DNA of 64,000 nt from a virus, in IMG/VR virus record IMGVR_UViG_3300022821_000014, positions 26,968 to 90,967 of that record; one strand, written 5' to 3'. Position 1 is the first letter of the stretch. Each line of letters starts with the position of its first letter. Shown one piece after another: positions 39,098-48,994 of the stretch. The notes under the pieces are model-generated. The model had not been told where the DNA came from and made no database searches. It saw nothing but the letters and a program-made list of their open reading frames with translations. The position numbers and the translations under genes were made by a program.

Positions 39098-39126
39098 AGT
39101 ATAATGGAAGGTACCTTAGGTTTAAA
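39098..39126 (-). promoter_or_regulatory. Sigma70-like promoter
   Basis: (GG)TTTAAA-N17-TATACT. Confidence 0.5.
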
Positions 39127-39199
39127 CCAAATTACCTACAAAACCCTCTCAGACTCTCCCAATTGATAGTAATTGAGTGTTAAATTAGTCTTCTATATA

Positions 39200-39460
39200 G
39201 AGGATCTTCTAATTGACGAAGATTGATTTGATACATTCAGGTTTCTGAGATGGAATCGAAGATACTTGAATCTGTTGAATCGATGATCGATCAATGATGA
39301 TCCGAGTTTACATTATGATCAGAAACTTGTGTAACTCAGAGTTATGTAAGTAATTGAAACTAGATCACTTTTCGGGTTTGACTAACTTAAAGCTTCTTAA
39401 GTCCGATTTGGAACTGGAGGAGATCATGAGGGAATTTTGATCACCTTCCTGATCAAGCTA
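39200..39460. other. GATC-dense non-coding region (candidate pac site or origin)
   Basis: GATC at 39203, 39285, 39289, 39299, 39317, 39363, 39422, 39439 and 39451. Confidence 0.45.
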
Positions 39461-39480
39461 GCAATAAGAAAGTTTCAGAC

Positions 39481-39741
39481 TTACTTGGTCCCGATAATGG
39501 TAACCTGAGTAGCACCAGATGGCGGACTACCTTCACTAAACACGTAGACACCTCCAGAGACTCCACGGAACACCAACACAGTTGGGGAACCACCTTCTAT
39601 CACCTGGATTATGTTTGAACTCGTTAGTTGAATGAAATTAGTTCCATTATAACCAGTTCGACCTCGTAATGAGTCATAACCTATTATTTGGGATGAAGTA
39701 ATAGTCCCACTATGGGGAATGCTTGCTGCGTAGTTTGGCAT
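39481..39741 (-). CDS. Small beta-rich protein, probably virion structural
   Basis: G/S/T-rich 86 aa; follows 39749-40753. Confidence 0.55.
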   Translation of the reverse strand: MPNYAASIPHSGTITSSQIIGYDSLRGRTGYNGTNFIQLTSSNIIQVIEGGSPTVLVFRGVSGGVYVFSEGSPPSGATQVTIIGTK

Positions 39742-39748
39742 TTGAACC

Positions 39749-40753
39749 TTATACTAGAGGGTTTGTACCATCCCAGGGAAAAGCAAAATCACCAAGTCGA
39801 ATGAAATCTTTAGACGATGATGTAGCGATAGAATAGGTGGAACCATTAGAGCGAACTGGTCCAGCTGGTGATTTTAACAATGAACTTGCGCCCTTGTATC
39901 CGCCAGGGCCACTAGGGTTCGCAGTAGCAGGCCTGAACCAGAATACTGGGAGAAGATCGTCGTTTCCAGTTATATGGTTTGTTCTTCCTTTATCATCTGC
40001 AAATTCCTGTTGCGAAGCTAAAAAGAATCCATACGCCATTGCTGCGACTCCTCCATAAACTTCACTTGGTGTATTTTTTGCGAACCAAGCTGCTGGAGTT
40101 AAAATAATTGAGGAAGTGATGGCGTGGGTGACCGTGTTCGACGCAGTTAATCCATCTAATACACTACTTCCATCAGCACAATAATTTACATAGGGGTCAA
40201 CATCTCCTGGATCAAAAGTGCCGCTAACCATTCCATCAGATATCCAACACACATCAATGTTGGCGCCGCCTGGTTCAACTTGTACAAAATACCACGAGTA
40301 AGGGGGATCTTGGTCAGCCGCAACGTGGAGCGTATATGATCCATCAGTGTCAAAATAGAAAGTTTCAAAAGAAAAGTTTGGAAGTTCTGTCCCGATAAGT
40401 CTGACTTGATCCAAAGCATCTGGTAACGTAGTTGCATTAGCACTTCCTGTAAAACTTGCGCTGTAGGAATATTTGGCACGCCAACTCAATGAGTTGGTGC
40501 CTCTCTGAAAAGCATATTCACGGCGGACGCCTCCGTGCGAACCTGTTGCACCCAAAGGCTGTTTAACAACAAACCAAGCATTACTATTTGCCAGATCGGA
40601 CGCAGCCGTAAGGACATCACCCGAAGAGAAAGTTGTCGCATCTGATGAAGAGACAACAACCCAACCTGCTTGAACAAGCGTATCTTTCAGAATCCAGACA
40701 GCGTCATTACCTGTCGCTGGTGACAGAGAGGCAGAGAAGAAATAGTTGGTCAT
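39749..40753 (-). CDS. Probable virion/tail structural protein
   Basis: S/T/G/A-rich; LKDTLVQAGWVVVSSSDAT; TATTTA motif 5 nt upstream. Confidence 0.55.
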   Translation of the reverse strand: MTNYFFSASLSPATGNDAVWILKDTLVQAGWVVVSSSDATTFSSGDVLTAASDLANSNAWFVVKQPLGATGSHGGVRREYAFQRGTNSLSWRAKYSYSASFTGSANATTLPDALDQVRLIGTELPNFSFETFYFDTDGSYTLHVAADQDPPYSWYFVQVEPGGANIDVCWISDGMVSGTFDPGDVDPYVNYCADGSSVLDGLTASNTVTHAITSSIILTPAAWFAKNTPSEVYGGVAAMAYGFFLASQQEFADDKGRTNHITGNDDLLPVFWFRPATANPSGPGGYKGASSLLKSPAGPVRSNGSTYSIATSSSKDFIRLGDFAFPWDGTNPLV

Positions 40754-40890
40754 GCAACTAAATATGTTGAACTAAAATTAACAACCTGCATGTTTGAATT
40801 GTTCCTGCTTGGTCAGCAAATTCCTTCTGATAGTTGAATGAGACTGGCCAATTCTGGGTATAGAGTTAAAATAACAAAGGTAACATTTGC

Positions 40891-42591
40891 CTAGTCCCAC
40901 ACCCATTTAAACTGCTTCCAAAAACTATCGTTGTAGTTATGTGTACCGCTTGCTGCCTTAGAGTTCATGGCTCTATTTCGGTCTAGGAAGTCGGTAAGGC
41001 TACCATCTGTCATAATGGGTGGAGCAGCATGTTGGTTTGCTGAATCTGGGGCATCTACCGCATTGAACACTTGAGTGTTTACAGACATGCCAGCGATCAT
41101 TGCTTTAGCGATTTCGTCAGAGCTGTAGGCTGAGGCCCCGCCTGCTTCGAACAGAGAATTACCAATGGCGAGTGACATAACAAGGTCATCATTGTAGCCC
41201 TTCTGAGCCGATAATTTGTTATTCTTCTTCCAGACGAATGTTTGAAGTTCTGCATGGAACCTCTCTGAGTAGATGCTGAGCCGCTTGTTCCTAAGGACAT
41301 CTTCTAATCGAGCTAGAATCTCTTGTTTGCTTTTTTCAGTGGTCTCAAAACCAGGGATCTCATTAGCCAACTCTATGGTTGAGTAAGCCATGTAGATGTT
41401 TTTTTGAAGCTTTGGGTAAAAAAGGTTAGGATAATTCATCTCTTTTAACTTCAAGCATGCAGGAAGTCCTACTGAGTTGCGCTCTGGGCAAACCATTGCC
41501 ATATTGTATCTCAAGCCGGCCGTGACCAACATTTCACCAAACTTATCGGGAGGCATTTTACCTTTGTACTCGGCTACAACCTCATCGGCCACTGTGTCAA
41601 TTACGTGGAAAGCAGAGAAGTCGGCACCGTCTCCTCGGGCTACGTCTGCGGAAATGACGTATTTGTGTTCGGGTTTAGGATGCTCCCAGATCCACATATC
41701 TTTTCGTATTGTCCAGTCAGGCCCCCAAAAGGCTATTGGCTTCTTGATAACCTGATGAATCATGTCCATCACGTCAACATTCAGGAATGTGTCACCAGAT
41801 GCAGCAAACGAACACAAAAGCTCTTGTGCAACTCCTCGTTCACCCTTAGCTTCGATTAACTGACGTCGTTCCTTTTCGTACCATTCCTGATCACGTTCTG
41901 GGTGAACTGTCCATGGAAGTTCGATTGGCACAAAGTCATTTCCGCCTTCTTGTGCGGATTTCCACATTTTATGGAAAAAGGAACCAACACCTGAAGGTGT
42001 AGAGATTAGGATGGCAGAACCACCAGTGGACAAAGTAGGCCAAAGGGCAAGCCACAGGTCTTCAATTCCTTCAACGTGAGCGGCCTCATCGACTACCAAA
42101 AGAGAAAGTGCTGCACCACGGAAAGCATCCTGAGAGGTTGCAGAAGCCTCGATACGGGATCCATTGGAGAACTCAAGGTGTGACTTGGAATCTCCAGTAA
42201 CTGCTGGCATGACAAGCCAATCGGGCAAGGACATATACATGTCTCTTACTTTTCGAATGAAGAGCTGTGCGGTTTTTAGCTTAGTAGCGATGACACCGAG
42301 GAACTTTTGCTTACGGAATATACCCATCCACAGGCAGTACGCAGCAGAGACTGTAGAAAGACCCAACTGACGTGACTTGTTGACGATGGCGAATCTGTTT
42401 TGCTGAAAAATCTCCAAACACTCGTCCTGGAACGGGAAGGTGTCAAACTTAATCACCCCCTTCATTGGATGGGAGATTTTTACGTAGTTGTTGATAAAGT
42501 AGCGAGCGTCGGTGCCGCATTTAAGCACCTCTTCCATTTGTATTTTTTTGGGAGGTGCTTTGCTTTTCCTGGATTTTTTTATGCGGGCCAT
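40891..42591 (-). CDS. terL: Terminase large subunit (T4 gp17-like)
   Basis: KSRQLGLST, LLVVDEAAH, ISTPSG, ADVARGDGADFS, DDLVMS. Confidence 0.95.
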   Translation of the reverse strand: MARIKKSRKSKAPPKKIQMEEVLKCGTDARYFINNYVKISHPMKGVIKFDTFPFQDECLEIFQQNRFAIVNKSRQLGLSTVSAAYCLWMGIFRKQKFLGVIATKLKTAQLFIRKVRDMYMSLPDWLVMPAVTGDSKSHLEFSNGSRIEASATSQDAFRGAALSLLVVDEAAHVEGIEDLWLALWPTLSTGGSAILISTPSGVGSFFHKMWKSAQEGGNDFVPIELPWTVHPERDQEWYEKERRQLIEAKGERGVAQELLCSFAASGDTFLNVDVMDMIHQVIKKPIAFWGPDWTIRKDMWIWEHPKPEHKYVISADVARGDGADFSAFHVIDTVADEVVAEYKGKMPPDKFGEMLVTAGLRYNMAMVCPERNSVGLPACLKLKEMNYPNLFYPKLQKNIYMAYSTIELANEIPGFETTEKSKQEILARLEDVLRNKRLSIYSERFHAELQTFVWKKNNKLSAQKGYNDDLVMSLAIGNSLFEAGGASAYSSDEIAKAMIAGMSVNTQVFNAVDAPDSANQHAAPPIMTDGSLTDFLDRNRAMNSKAASGTHNYNDSFWKQFKWVWD

Positions 42592-42597
42592 TTTAAC

Positions 42598-42996
42598 TTA
42601 CTTCACACGGACAAGCGCATTAACCCTATAAAATGCTCTACTGAGAGCTGAATATTGTGAAATGTGAATGAACTCGGTTGACTCCTCAAACGTGCCGTCA
42701 TCCATTTCAAGTTTCAGTTTCTCATCAAAACGAGCTTCATAGTCCGCAGAAGCACGTTCAATAGCTCCTCTGATCATGGCTAGAGCTTCATTACGATGAA
42801 CTCTCTGAAGTTCACGCATCATTTGGTCAGAACGATAGGTGACTGTCATGATGCATCGAGCCCTGATTAGCCCACTGTCGATTGGGTCAAGTCGGACATT
42901 CATACCAGCGACATGTTGGTGACCAGGGCCATCAGAACCAAACGAACCGTTTAGTACCTGTGAAATTCGGAGGAGTTTATTGTAATCAGTTTCCAT
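42598..42996 (-). CDS. Hypothetical protein upstream of terL
   Basis: 132-aa ORF; TACTTA motif at 43022-43027. Confidence 0.7.
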   Translation of the reverse strand: METDYNKLLRISQVLNGSFGSDGPGHQHVAGMNVRLDPIDSGLIRARCIMTVTYRSDQMMRELQRVHRNEALAMIRGAIERASADYEARFDEKLKLEMDDGTFEESTEFIHISQYSALSRAFYRVNALVRVK

Positions 42997-43048
42997 AGCG
43001 CCTTTTCCTAAAAACTACAGTTAAGTAGCAAGCCTGCACCAAAATCAC

Positions 43049-43360
43049 TTATTTGAAGGTTAGGCTTGGCCTCTCAAGCAAGGAACGAAGTGCTATATAT
43101 TGAGCCCATTCTTCCGAGGATTTATTGGGACCTTCAGGCCAGGAAACTCCTGGTGAGCCTGTCCATCTTTCTTTACATTTATGGCAAACACCATTTGTTC
43201 TATATGCTAGGCCATCGTCTGAAGTTCGCATAGGGTGTTCACAACAGGAGCAAAAGAGTGGTATAATCCCGCTAAGATCCTTAGGAGCTACCACAACAAT
43301 TTGACCGTCCGCTACCAACTTCATTTTGCGGCTTGAGCCGCTTTCTATCCAATCATTCAT
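43049..43360 (-). CDS. Hypothetical Zn-finger protein
   Basis: PLFCSCC...GVCHKC. Confidence 0.6.
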   Translation of the reverse strand: MNDWIESGSSRKMKLVADGQIVVVAPKDLSGIIPLFCSCCEHPMRTSDDGLAYRTNGVCHKCKERWTGSPGVSWPEGPNKSSEEWAQYIALRSLLERPSLTFK

Positions 43361-43395
43361 ATTGTTGATTCTAAGGGTGATATTTACGGTTGTCC

Positions 43396-44940
43396 ATGAA
43401 TAATCCAAAACTTACAATATTGATTGAGCGAATTGTTGACGAAGTCCTCAAAGAGGACCGAGCTGACATTTCTGCTGACTATGTTGCTTCTATAAAAAGC
43501 AAAGACCCAGAGCTGTATAATGACCTTATGCAGCATGCTGAGTTTGTCATCCAAGCTACGAAAAACAAGTATAAACCATCTGATAAACTTGTTACCATAC
43601 ATCGTCTGTTGAATTCGGATCCAAACCTTGACCCGAGATCTTCAGGAGATACACATGGTGTCCGCCTTTTTATCGACTACCTCGCACGTGAGGAAGGTAA
43701 GGATTCAGAGGACTCCAGAGAGTTTGCTGGCAAAGCTAAGCGATGGTATCAATCTACGATTGATGCTTTGCTCAAAAAAGTCTTCCAGGAATCAACTACT
43801 GAAAAGAAGCGTAAAGTGCTAAGTGAAGCAGTTAGAAAGCCTTTCAACATGGACCTGCCTAGGGATCTACTAACCTTGGCAGATATCTTCACCCTAAACA
43901 GCTTTCAGCTAGTTGTTGTGGGTGGAGCGGTTCGTGATGCTCTATTGGGTAAGGAACCAAAGGACTACGACGTTGCAACAAACGCACAGCCCGACGAGGT
44001 GTTGTCTATGTTGGCAGGGCACCCACAGTTCAAGACACTGGAAATCGGCAAATCCTTTGGTGTTATTAACGTAATCACTCCCGAAGGGAATGAATACGAA
44101 GTAGCTACCTATCGAAATGATATTGGAAGTGGACGTCGGCCTGATGCAGTTGAATTTACTACAATTGAGAACGACGTAAAGAGACGAGACCTTACAATCA
44201 ATGCACTCTTCTTTGACATTGCTGAGCAAGAGATCATCGATTATGTCGGCGGCATCAAAGATTTGGAGGCTGGGCGCATCCGAGCGGTTGGCGACGCCAA
44301 AGAAAGATTTGATGAGGACCCGCTTCGTATCCTACGTGCAATTAGGTTCTCAGCACGAATGGGTGCAGGGCTTGATGACAATACTGAAGAAGCTATCCGC
44401 AACGACAACACACTAAGAGGTGTCTCACCTGAGAGGGTTCGTGACGAGTTCCTCAAGTCAATCAAGACTGCCAGGTCAGTTCCAGCCCTGATGAGGCTTT
44501 ACGACAGTTTTGATCTCTGGGGACAAATCCTTCCAGGATTGAAAATCAACACGTGGTATCAAGAGACAAAAAACATTCCAGTGCTGCTTTCTTTACTTCT
44601 CCGTGAGAATCCTCCCAAGAGCCTGGGCAAAAAGATGAACAAGTTGAAATACAGTGTCGTTGAAACTCGTCAAATTATGTTTTTAACGATGTTCCAGGGT
44701 TTGACACCAGAAAACGCATATCAAATGAAGAAGCTGTGGAAATCAACCAGATTGACAGACCAGGATCTCGAAGAGTTCGCTAGGCTGAGTAACCACCCTA
44801 AAATGCAGCTTGTAAAGGCATTCAACCAGTACACACCTACGGTGGACGGGCAAGAACTGTTGGCACAGGGCTTCAAGGGTCGTGAGCTTGGACAGGAAAT
44901 TGAACGCAGAGAGATGGATCTGTTCAAAAGGCTTATCTAA
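43396..44940 (+). CDS. cca: CCA-adding tRNA nucleotidyltransferase (class II) with a ~140-aa N-terminal extension
   Basis: VGGAVRD, KDYDVAT, EVATYR, RRDLTINA, DEDPLRILRAIRF, SPERV. Confidence 0.92.
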   Translation: MNNPKLTILIERIVDEVLKEDRADISADYVASIKSKDPELYNDLMQHAEFVIQATKNKYKPSDKLVTIHRLLNSDPNLDPRSSGDTHGVRLFIDYLAREEGKDSEDSREFAGKAKRWYQSTIDALLKKVFQESTTEKKRKVLSEAVRKPFNMDLPRDLLTLADIFTLNSFQLVVVGGAVRDALLGKEPKDYDVATNAQPDEVLSMLAGHPQFKTLEIGKSFGVINVITPEGNEYEVATYRNDIGSGRRPDAVEFTTIENDVKRRDLTINALFFDIAEQEIIDYVGGIKDLEAGRIRAVGDAKERFDEDPLRILRAIRFSARMGAGLDDNTEEAIRNDNTLRGVSPERVRDEFLKSIKTARSVPALMRLYDSFDLWGQILPGLKINTWYQETKNIPVLLSLLLRENPPKSLGKKMNKLKYSVVETRQIMFLTMFQGLTPENAYQMKKLWKSTRLTDQDLEEFARLSNHPKMQLVKAFNQYTPTVDGQELLAQGFKGRELGQEIERREMDLFKRLI

Positions 44941-45158
44941 TGTTTGAAAACAACGAAACGGATGAGTCAGGTATAGGCGAAAAAATCGGTGCTAGAAAGA
45001 AGCTGATGTATTCAGCGAGGATTGCTCACCGTGAAGGCTTCGACCCAACGACTTGGAGGAATCATCCAGAAATTCAAAAAGTTTGTTCACGACATGGCCT
45101 CGACCCTGATATACTAAATCACATAGTCGCCTGGGTTTGGACTTTTGGACGACGGTAA
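44940..45158 (+). CDS. Hypothetical protein
   Basis: 72 aa, coupled to cca stop. Confidence 0.5.
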   Translation: MFENNETDESGIGEKIGARKKLMYSARIAHREGFDPTTWRNHPEIQKVCSRHGLDPDILNHIVAWVWTFGRR

Positions 45159-45174
45159 CCTAGTTAGAAAACTC

Positions 45175-45264
45175 GGAGGGTAATGCGGCATGGGTGCTGT
45201 CACTGCCTCGAAAGCAGAGGGCTCGTCAGAGATGGCGAGTGGGGTTCAACTCCTCTGCCCTCCT
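45175..45264 (+). tRNA. tRNA-Ser(CGA)
   Basis: GGAGGGT/GCCCTCC acceptor; CTGC-CTCGAAA-GCAG; long variable arm; TTCAACT. Confidence 0.85.
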
Positions 45265-45441
45265 TTTGGCAACAGAAACAAGATGGTTTCTAGGTCAATC
45301 AAACAACAACTTTGGCAGCAACAACTGCCTTTTGCTCGAAACGTACTATGACACAACTACAATCATTTCTTAAACATATCAATTCAGTACGCCACAACAG
45401 CGGCGTATCCGACATATGCAATTTGATTGGAGAATGCAACG

Positions 45442-46293
45442 ATGAGAGACGATTTCAAAAAAGTCCTGTGCGAGGAGCCACGTCGGCTCCGTAGGGGAGC
45501 CAAGGCACTCAACAAGCTGCCTGGCTACAAAAAGAAGGCCCAGAAAAACCGACGTGGGGACTACGGCGAGTGGAATTTCCCTAAAAAAGAATCAATGCGA
45601 GCCCGTGGTGGTTGGCATCGTGGCACCAAAGTTTTTGGTGAACACTTGGGTCCGCTCGTCCGCTTCCTTAGAAGCTCGGTGGGTCGTAAATGGGACGATG
45701 TTTATTCAGAGATTGCCAAAGTTTGCCCTAATAATAGTGCGGTGAGTGGTCATATTTACGAACACCTCTGGGGATATGTTGAAACTAAACCCGCCTTCGA
45801 GGACGGCAGGCCTTATGATTCTGCTTACGGATACAGCGGTATCCGCCATTATATTGTAGACCGTGGTCAAGATAATACCTTTTACGTTGACAAGGAAGGT
45901 CTCCTTTGCCGAGCACCGCTTTTGAAGCGTGTAAAGAACAAGGTACAGAACACAATACACAAGGCCAGTGGTAAGATTTATATCAAAGTAGAAGGCGTTT
46001 GGCACGAGGGGCTTTTTCGTCGCATTCCTAAAAAACAACCCAGGACTGTTGAATTTGAAGGGTACAATTACTATACATATAAGTTTGAGGTCATTGACCG
46101 ACCTGATTTCGACGATATTTTTGTCGGAATGGGCAGTTGGTGTTGGGGTCGCCTGGCCGAAAGAACCGAGAGAAAAATGCGCCTATGCTACAAAGTATAC
46201 GGCAAAAAGGTCCACTGCTACGACAAGGTAAAGCTGAGCCCTAAAGAACTCAAAAAACTCGGGCTTGTGAACAAAGAAGCTACTAAGACCTGA
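45442..46293 (+). CDS. Hypothetical basic protein
   Basis: Start MRDDFKKVLCEEPR after a GGAGA RBS. Confidence 0.75.
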   Translation: MRDDFKKVLCEEPRRLRRGAKALNKLPGYKKKAQKNRRGDYGEWNFPKKESMRARGGWHRGTKVFGEHLGPLVRFLRSSVGRKWDDVYSEIAKVCPNNSAVSGHIYEHLWGYVETKPAFEDGRPYDSAYGYSGIRHYIVDRGQDNTFYVDKEGLLCRAPLLKRVKNKVQNTIHKASGKIYIKVEGVWHEGLFRRIPKKQPRTVEFEGYNYYTYKFEVIDRPDFDDIFVGMGSWCWGRLAERTERKMRLCYKVYGKKVHCYDKVKLSPKELKKLGLVNKEATKT

Positions 46294-46351
46294 TTTAGTA
46301 TACGTGTTTAAATTGTCATTGAAGTGTGCTCTAGTTTAGAGAAGGTGTTGT

Positions 46352-46645
46352 GTGAACCATAAAAACAAGCTAGTTTCCTTTACTTTGGTATTGGGGTTGA
46401 TGATGAGCGGGTGCATTTCTAGTGCAGACACAGCTCGTACTACTGTAGAGCCGCAGACATCGGAAATGGCTGAACGGGTGTATGCGACCGAGGAATCGGA
46501 GTCGGCTGCTGAACGAAGTACTCCAGAGGAACCCTCACGAGAGACAACGACATCGGCCCGCAGAGAACCCTTGATTATTAGTGTTGTTACTGCTGGAGTT
46601 GTTATGTTCCTAACAGGGGCCATCATTACCGCAGGAGCCAATTAA
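46352..46645 (+). CDS. Small lipoprotein/membrane protein
   Basis: LMMSGC lipobox and C-terminal TM. Confidence 0.55.
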   Translation: MNHKNKLVSFTLVLGLMMSGCISSADTARTTVEPQTSEMAERVYATEESESAAERSTPEEPSRETTTSARREPLIISVVTAGVVMFLTGAIITAGAN

Positions 46646-46682
46646 AAAACATTTAGGGAATACATAGTAGTATACTTGACTA

Positions 46683-46877
46683 ATGACTGTATCTAGGAAA
46701 AATAAGTGTCAGACATGCGAAACTGTTCTCGTCCTGGACGAAAAGTATGATGCATATATGTGTTTGACTTGTAATGAGTGGGCCGAAGGTGCCTGCCCAG
46801 ATGAAGCTTGTGAGTTCTGTTCAGATAGGCCAAAAGCTCCACAAAAGATAGTAAGAGAGAGAAAAAAATGTCACTAA
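46683..46877 (+). CDS. Small Cys-rich (Zn-binding) protein
   Basis: CxxC...YDAYMCxxCNEWxExxCxDxxCxFC..RP. Confidence 0.65.
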   Translation: MTVSRKNKCQTCETVLVLDEKYDAYMCLTCNEWAEGACPDEACEFCSDRPKAPQKIVRERKKCH

Positions 46878-46964
46878 TATTTGAAATCCATTCTGCTGAA
46901 GGCAGCGATTTAAATAAGCTTGCACAAATCAGCTTGTTGGATTGGCTTTGACCTTTCTCTTCCA

Positions 46965-47102
46965 TCAATAGTTACAAGCCTTGCAAGTCATGCGCTGGGC
47001 TTGTTTGATGCCAGTGCGCCCACAATAAATTCCATTGCGGAAAGTTTCTTCACTGAAACATTTCGAACACGGAATTTGTTTTTGCCTGGTTGTAAGTTCC
47101 AT
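46965..47102 (-). CDS. 45-aa InsA-like Zn-ribbon ORF
   Basis: CSKC..S....RNG......G...QRMTCKAC; AGGGAG RBS. Confidence 0.4.
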   Translation of the reverse strand: MELTTRQKQIPCSKCFSEETFRNGIYCGRTGIKQAQRMTCKACNY

Positions 47103-47179
47103 TTCAATCTCCCTTAGCTGGATAGTTTGTGGTCATAGCAAACATAGATTATCTACAACAAAATAAACAGGAGAATGAA

Positions 47180-47863
47180 ATGAAAGAGAAATTGATAGTA
47201 GAGCTTCGAGCAGCCGAGGGTGGTAATGACTCGAAGGATTTGATTAGGGTTCAGTTTGGTATTTATTTGAAGGCGTGTAAATATCAAAAATTTGAGGCAG
47301 AGATTATCAGGACTGATGACGCCATCATTATCTTTTCGGTGAGAGGTAAGGGGGCCTGGGGCTTTTTTAAGGGAGAGGCTGGCGGTTTGCGCTGGCAACG
47401 AGTTCCTCCAAGTGAAAAACGGGGGCGTGTACAGACAAGTACCATTACGGTAGCTGTGCTCCCTGAGCCAAAGCGCCATGAGATTCACATTGACCCAAAG
47501 GACTTGAATGAAAAATTCACCTTTGGTTCTGGCGCAGGCGGACAACACCGTAATAAAAATGCGACTGCGGTGCAACTTACTCATATTCCTTCAGGGCTCT
47601 CTGTCCGTGCCGAAAGCGAAAAGAGCCAAAAGCAGAACAGGGAGAATGCTCTTGCTTTACTAAGAGCCAAGCTCCTAGAGCGGAAGAAAAACAAAGCAAA
47701 TGAAGCTCGGTTCAGGATGAGACAGGAACAAGTGGGGTCTGGTATGCGAGGTGACAAAGTTCGTACTATTAGAGTTCGGCACAATCAAGTTATAGACCAT
47801 GAATCGGGCAAGCAGATCACGTATAAGGATTACTCACGTGGTAAGCTCTGGGGTTTAAAATAA
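47180..47863 (+). CDS. Class I peptide release factor, RF1-like, lacking domain 1
   Basis: ELRAAEGG, EAGGLRWQRVPPSEKRGRVQTS, GAGGQHRNK, SQKQNRE, RGDKVRT. Confidence 0.9.
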   Translation: MKEKLIVELRAAEGGNDSKDLIRVQFGIYLKACKYQKFEAEIIRTDDAIIIFSVRGKGAWGFFKGEAGGLRWQRVPPSEKRGRVQTSTITVAVLPEPKRHEIHIDPKDLNEKFTFGSGAGGQHRNKNATAVQLTHIPSGLSVRAESEKSQKQNRENALALLRAKLLERKKNKANEARFRMRQEQVGSGMRGDKVRTIRVRHNQVIDHESGKQITYKDYSRGKLWGLK

Positions 47864-47898
47864 TTCTATAGTGTGAGACACTACAATCATGAGGGAAG

Positions 47899-48933
47899 AT
47901 GCCATATCGTAAACCAGCAGTACAAACGAGAGATGCTGTGAAGATAACTTACGAACTAACAAATAATGAGGCTAAAAAAGCTATCATGAATTTTTTGATT
48001 GAAAATGGTAAGATACCTGGCGAGGTTGCTGGTAAAAATGTTTATATCGCAACTAGCAGCCATTTGACAAAAGGCGGTGGGACATACAACACTTGCAAGG
48101 TTGTAATTGAACAAGAAACTTTTTAGGTTTTAAAGGATATTTATCTATTTGGTGGAAGATGAATCAGGATGATGTTTTTGGGTATCCGTCGATACCAACC
48201 AGTTGCCAGCTGAATAGCATAGTCAATCGTCGGGTTCGTGTGATGATATCCAAACCATTAGCCTATTCAAGCAAGTTTGTTTTGCAATTCTCGGGAGAGG
48301 CAGGGGTGATTATTGCTCACACACCCTGTATGCCTGGCATAACTGAACTACTAGCCACTTGGTATTTTACACCTGATAGTGGTATTGGCCTAGTGATACC
48401 GATAGATCCGATGGACGTAGTTTTCATCTGATGGATAACAATAATGATGAAGTTCCTAAAGCCTGAGATGATGTACAAAGTGGGTATTGTGGGTGCCTGT
48501 GCCGACGCTATTTTTGCCTTAGGAACATGGGTCATCGGCCTCCCTCCTGCCTTTTCAGAAATTTTCATTGTCGCTGGTTTGTGCTTCCTTTTCAGCGCAG
48601 TGGCAAACTGGTCGATAGTGAAAATCCAAAATAAGAAATAGGTAACATACTGATTATATGAAGTTGCGAACCTATAAGGTACACATGCGCAAAGCTTGCT
48701 TGTTCTATACAAATAAGCTCTACGAAAAACATTTGGGACGACCACTTACACCAGCAGTTTGTGAGTTAATTCTACAAGACCTGACCGCTCTTCAAAACCA
48801 AATGAAGCAAAAGGAAAGTAACACAGTTTGGCAGGTTCCTGTTGGCCTGATGTTTGATTTTGAACAAAGCCAATTTGAAGTTGTGGTTTCTGATGAAGAA
48901 AATGTTCTTTATCTTGATTTCGACCAGCCATAA
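47899..48933 (+). CDS. Four small hypothetical ORFs (47899-48126, 48159-48431, 48444-48641 membrane, 48658-48933)
   Basis: Tandem plus-strand ORFs with plausible starts. Confidence 0.55.
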
Positions 48934-48994
48934 GAACAGGGTATAAAATTGATTTCAGGTGCGTTAGGTTAAATTGACGCATTCTGGAGAACAA

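Noticed and set aside
891-42651. Many short plus-strand ORFs antisense to the main genes
   Set aside because: Shadow ORFs of well-supported minus-strand genes with no motifs; only the NUDIX gene is supported on the plus strand in this interval
46965-47102. IS1-like insertion sequence
   Set aside because: Only a 45-aa Zn ribbon; no DDE transposase or terminal inverted repeats seen
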